This document shows, one piece after another, positions 61,456 to 64,000 of a DNA stretch of 64,000 nt. The first letter of the stretch is position 1; every line of letters begins with the position of its first letter. The notes beneath the pieces are model-generated. The model had not been told where the DNA came from, searched no databases, and saw only the letters and a list, made by a program, of their open reading frames with translations. The position numbers and the translations under genes were made by a program. This DNA comes from Chloroflexota bacterium (GTDB lineage Bacteria > Chloroflexota > UBA11872 > VXOZ01): positions 3,456,001 to 3,520,000 of the forward strand of contig OY760183.1 of the NCBI GenBank assembly GCA_963663275.1, in the 5' to 3' direction.

Positions 61456-62826
61456 CTAGACGTTCTGGCCCACCATCTTGCGGCGCTCGATGGAGTCCGC
61501 GCCGCCCTCGATGCCGCGCTGGGTCAGGATCGGGCTGTACTTGCTCGCCATGCCCTGGCGCCGGATGCCCTTCTGTCCCTCCCCGCGCTCCTCGTACTGC
61601 TCGTTCCGGCGAGACTTGTGCTCCGTGTCCATGCCGAGGTAGACGTTGGACGCCGGGTCGCGGAACGTGTTGATGGGGTCGCCGCCGTCCTCGACGATGC
61701 GGATGTTCTCCTCCAGCATGCGGCGGAACATGATGATGCCCTTGTCCGAGCGCCCGAGCGACTCCTTGGTGCGGTCGGCTATCGCGCCCTGCGTTATCCA
61801 CGCGGCGACGTCCTGCGCGGAGTTGGAGTCGAGTATCTCGAAGCGGACACGCCCGTCCTCGGCGAGTTGGATGAGCGGCGGGAAGAAGAGCGGCACGTCC
61901 TCGTCGCGCTGCTCGGGGTCGTCCGCCGACAGCTTCGGGTGGCACATCACCCACCAGTGGCCGGTGTGCGTGTCGTCCAGCGGCACGCGGATCTGGAACG
62001 ACGGGCCGACGCCTGCGCCCATGCCGCCCCCGCGCCTGCCGTCCCACGTGTCGATCGCGGTGCCGCTGCCGCCCTGGCGGAGGAAGTAGGGGAAGACGAT
62101 GGGGTGGCCCTGCGCCCACTCGCCGTCCTCGTAGCTGCCGCCCTTGACGAGCCTGCGCTTGTAGATGCCGTACTGGAACTTGTCGAAGCCGATGCGCTCG
62201 TTCTCGTAGCGCTTGCGGACCTTGTCGCCCTCGCCGCGCATCTCCAGGATGTAGTTCGCCCACTCGCCGTGCAGCCACTCGGAGTGGACGGGGTCGAGTG
62301 AGTTCTCCTGGCACTGGAGCCAGTTGCTCGGCAGTTCCGTGTATCCGATGTCCCGCACGACGTTGTCGAGCGCGAACACGTCCCAGTTGGGGAGGAGCGG
62401 CACGGGGGCCGGGCCGAGGTAGGCGAAGATGAGGCCGGCCTTCACCTCCAGCGGGTACGCCTTGATGCGCACCTTGTCCTTGAAGCGGTTGTCCGGGGCC
62501 TCGGTCTCCTCGTAGGGCTGTTCGAGGCAGCGGCCCGTCTCGTCGAACATCCAGCCGTGGTAGGGGCAGCGGATGCCGTCGTCGGTGGGAATGCCGTAGA
62601 CCATGCCCATGCGGCGGTGGGGGCAGTAGTTGTCCACGAGGCCGAAGACGCCCTGGTTGCTCTTGTAGAGGATGAGGTCCTCGCCGAGCAGTTTGATGGG
62701 CTTGGTCGAACGGTCATTCATCATGGCGACGGCGGCGATGGGGTGCCAGTAGCGGCGCATCAGTTCGCCGGTCGGCGTGCCGGGACCTACTCTCGTCAGG
62801 CGGTCGTTCTGTTCAGCGGTCAGCAT
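61456..62826 (-). CDS. Rieske non-heme iron oxygenase alpha subunit (phthalate 4,5-dioxygenase/LigX-like)
   Basis: CPHR...CPYHGW, NWLQCQENSLDPVHSEWLH, QDVAAWITQG. Confidence 0.93.
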   Translation of the reverse strand: MLTAEQNDRLTRVGPGTPTGELMRRYWHPIAAVAMMNDRSTKPIKLLGEDLILYKSNQGVFGLVDNYCPHRRMGMVYGIPTDDGIRCPYHGWMFDETGRCLEQPYEETEAPDNRFKDKVRIKAYPLEVKAGLIFAYLGPAPVPLLPNWDVFALDNVVRDIGYTELPSNWLQCQENSLDPVHSEWLHGEWANYILEMRGEGDKVRKRYENERIGFDKFQYGIYKRRLVKGGSYEDGEWAQGHPIVFPYFLRQGGSGTAIDTWDGRRGGGMGAGVGPSFQIRVPLDDTHTGHWWVMCHPKLSADDPEQRDEDVPLFFPPLIQLAEDGRVRFEILDSNSAQDVAAWITQGAIADRTKESLGRSDKGIIMFRRMLEENIRIVEDGGDPINTFRDPASNVYLGMDTEHKSRRNEQYEERGEGQKGIRRQGMASKYSPILTQRGIEGGADSIERRKMVGQNV

Positions 62827-62859
62827 CAGCGTTCCTCCCTCGGGTTGCTGTCTTTCTGC

Positions 62860-63954
62860 TTATCCTGCGGTACCGGCGAGAACGGGGGACTCCACGGTGA
62901 TGCCGTAGAAGTCCAGGGCGTTCTGCCCCATGATGTCGTCGATCACGTTCGGCGCGAGGCCGCCCTCCTCCTTGATGATGCGCATCGCCTCGATCTCGCT
63001 CGACTGGTCCTGGTGGCCGTAGTCGGTGCCGATGAGGATGTGGCGGTGGTTCACGTACTTGAGCACGTCGGGGAGGTTGTCGTCGGTCTGGGCGGTGACC
63101 CAGATGTTGTACGCGCCGAGCACATCCTCCTCCAACTCGCGGCCCCGCGTCTCCAGCCTGCGGCGCAGGTCGTGGATGGCGTAGGGCAGCCACTGGCTGC
63201 TCGCCTCGATGTAGCCCCAGCGCAGGTCCGGGAACTTCTTGGGCGTGGCGGTGGTGACGAGCTGGTGGAAGCTGGCGACGGACATGAGGCGCAGACCGCC
63301 GAACGTGCCGCCGATGCCGTCCTTCGCCATGAGGCCGCGGATGTAGGCGTTGGAGTTGCCGATGTGGATGGCGATGGGCTGGTTCAGCCGCGAGGCCTCC
63401 TCGTAGACGGGGTAGAAGTACTCGTCTATCAGCAGCCGCTCGTCCTCGATGGTGCGCATCGTGACGCCGCAGGCGCCGTGCTCCGCAGACCAGCGCAACT
63501 GCTCCAGCGCCTCGTCCATCGTGGCGAGCGGGAGGATGGACGTCCACCGGAGGCGCCCGTTGCTCTGCTGCCAGATGTCGGCGAGCCAGCGGTTGTAGCT
63601 CTTGGCGAGGGCGACCTCGGTGTCCGGGTTCTCGCACATGCGCCCGATGTACATGGTGGGGTAGAGCACCTGCACGTCTATGCCGAGTTCGTCCATGTGG
63701 GCGACGCGTCCGGGGATGTCCTCCATGTAGCGCTTGGAGTCGTCCGTCACCATGTTGCGCTTCACCTTGTCGGAGAGGCCGAAAGCGGCGACGGGCCCGC
63801 GCGCGCGGCCGCGTATCTCGCCGTCTATCTTCCAGAACTTGGCGCCGGTGCCGTCGTCCACCACCTGCGGGCGGTGCTTCTCATCGCCGGGGTCCATGTA
63901 GTCCCAGGTCTGCTCCGTCTCGACCACGTGCGCGTCAGAGTCGATAACCGGCAT
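62860..63954 (-). CDS. Amidohydrolase family 2 protein
   Basis: IDSDAHVVE, MDELGIDVQVLYPT, YNRWLAD, GTDYGH. Confidence 0.92.
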   Translation of the reverse strand: MPVIDSDAHVVETEQTWDYMDPGDEKHRPQVVDDGTGAKFWKIDGEIRGRARGPVAAFGLSDKVKRNMVTDDSKRYMEDIPGRVAHMDELGIDVQVLYPTMYIGRMCENPDTEVALAKSYNRWLADIWQQSNGRLRWTSILPLATMDEALEQLRWSAEHGACGVTMRTIEDERLLIDEYFYPVYEEASRLNQPIAIHIGNSNAYIRGLMAKDGIGGTFGGLRLMSVASFHQLVTTATPKKFPDLRWGYIEASSQWLPYAIHDLRRRLETRGRELEEDVLGAYNIWVTAQTDDNLPDVLKYVNHRHILIGTDYGHQDQSSEIEAMRIIKEEGGLAPNVIDDIMGQNALDFYGITVESPVLAGTAG

Positions 63955-64000
63955 GGCTGCCCTCCTTGCCGCTCCCGTTTCCGGCGTCCGCTCCGGAGCG

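Overview
High-GC bacterial chromosome segment. Gene content (LLM/F420 enzymes, Rieske oxygenases, amidohydrolase, PT-rich lipoproteins, frequent leaderless starts) suggests Chloroflexota, Dehalococcoidia/SAR202-like; this taxonomy is inferred. A housekeeping and catabolic backbone (ABC transporter, uvrA, accBC, hisF/hisIE, rel, hisS, prfA, nuoA, speD/speE, holB, lysA) is interrupted by three accessory/defence islands: (1) 4.9-9.4 kb, two Fic genes plus a Fic 3' remnant, a DpnI-like nuclease and a TA-like pair; (2) 15.1-24.7 kb, vsr + dcm divergent from a MORC-Z1-DUF4420-AIPR (Mza-like) operon; (3) 33.4-38.2 kb, small ORFs, a HicB/HicA-like pair, a protease and an orphan TIR protein. Two signals stand out. 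First, a tandem-DUF427 gene has an in-frame TGA exactly at the family's conserved Cys, followed by a SECIS-like hairpin (probable selenoprotein, split in the ORF track). Second, a 125-250 bp non-coding element (5 copies; promoter-like boxes plus twin CYATAG-N7-CTATRG dyads) marks both edges of islands 2 and 3, mostly next to dRS3-like REP palindromes. Also present: a GlcG-(RidA)x3 fusion, a BacNav channel with a TLEDWTD filter, and at least five families of REP-like repeats. Several +1 frameshifts, mostly in homopolymers (vsr, rel, hisS, speD, speE, a Rieske gene), are probably sequencing errors.
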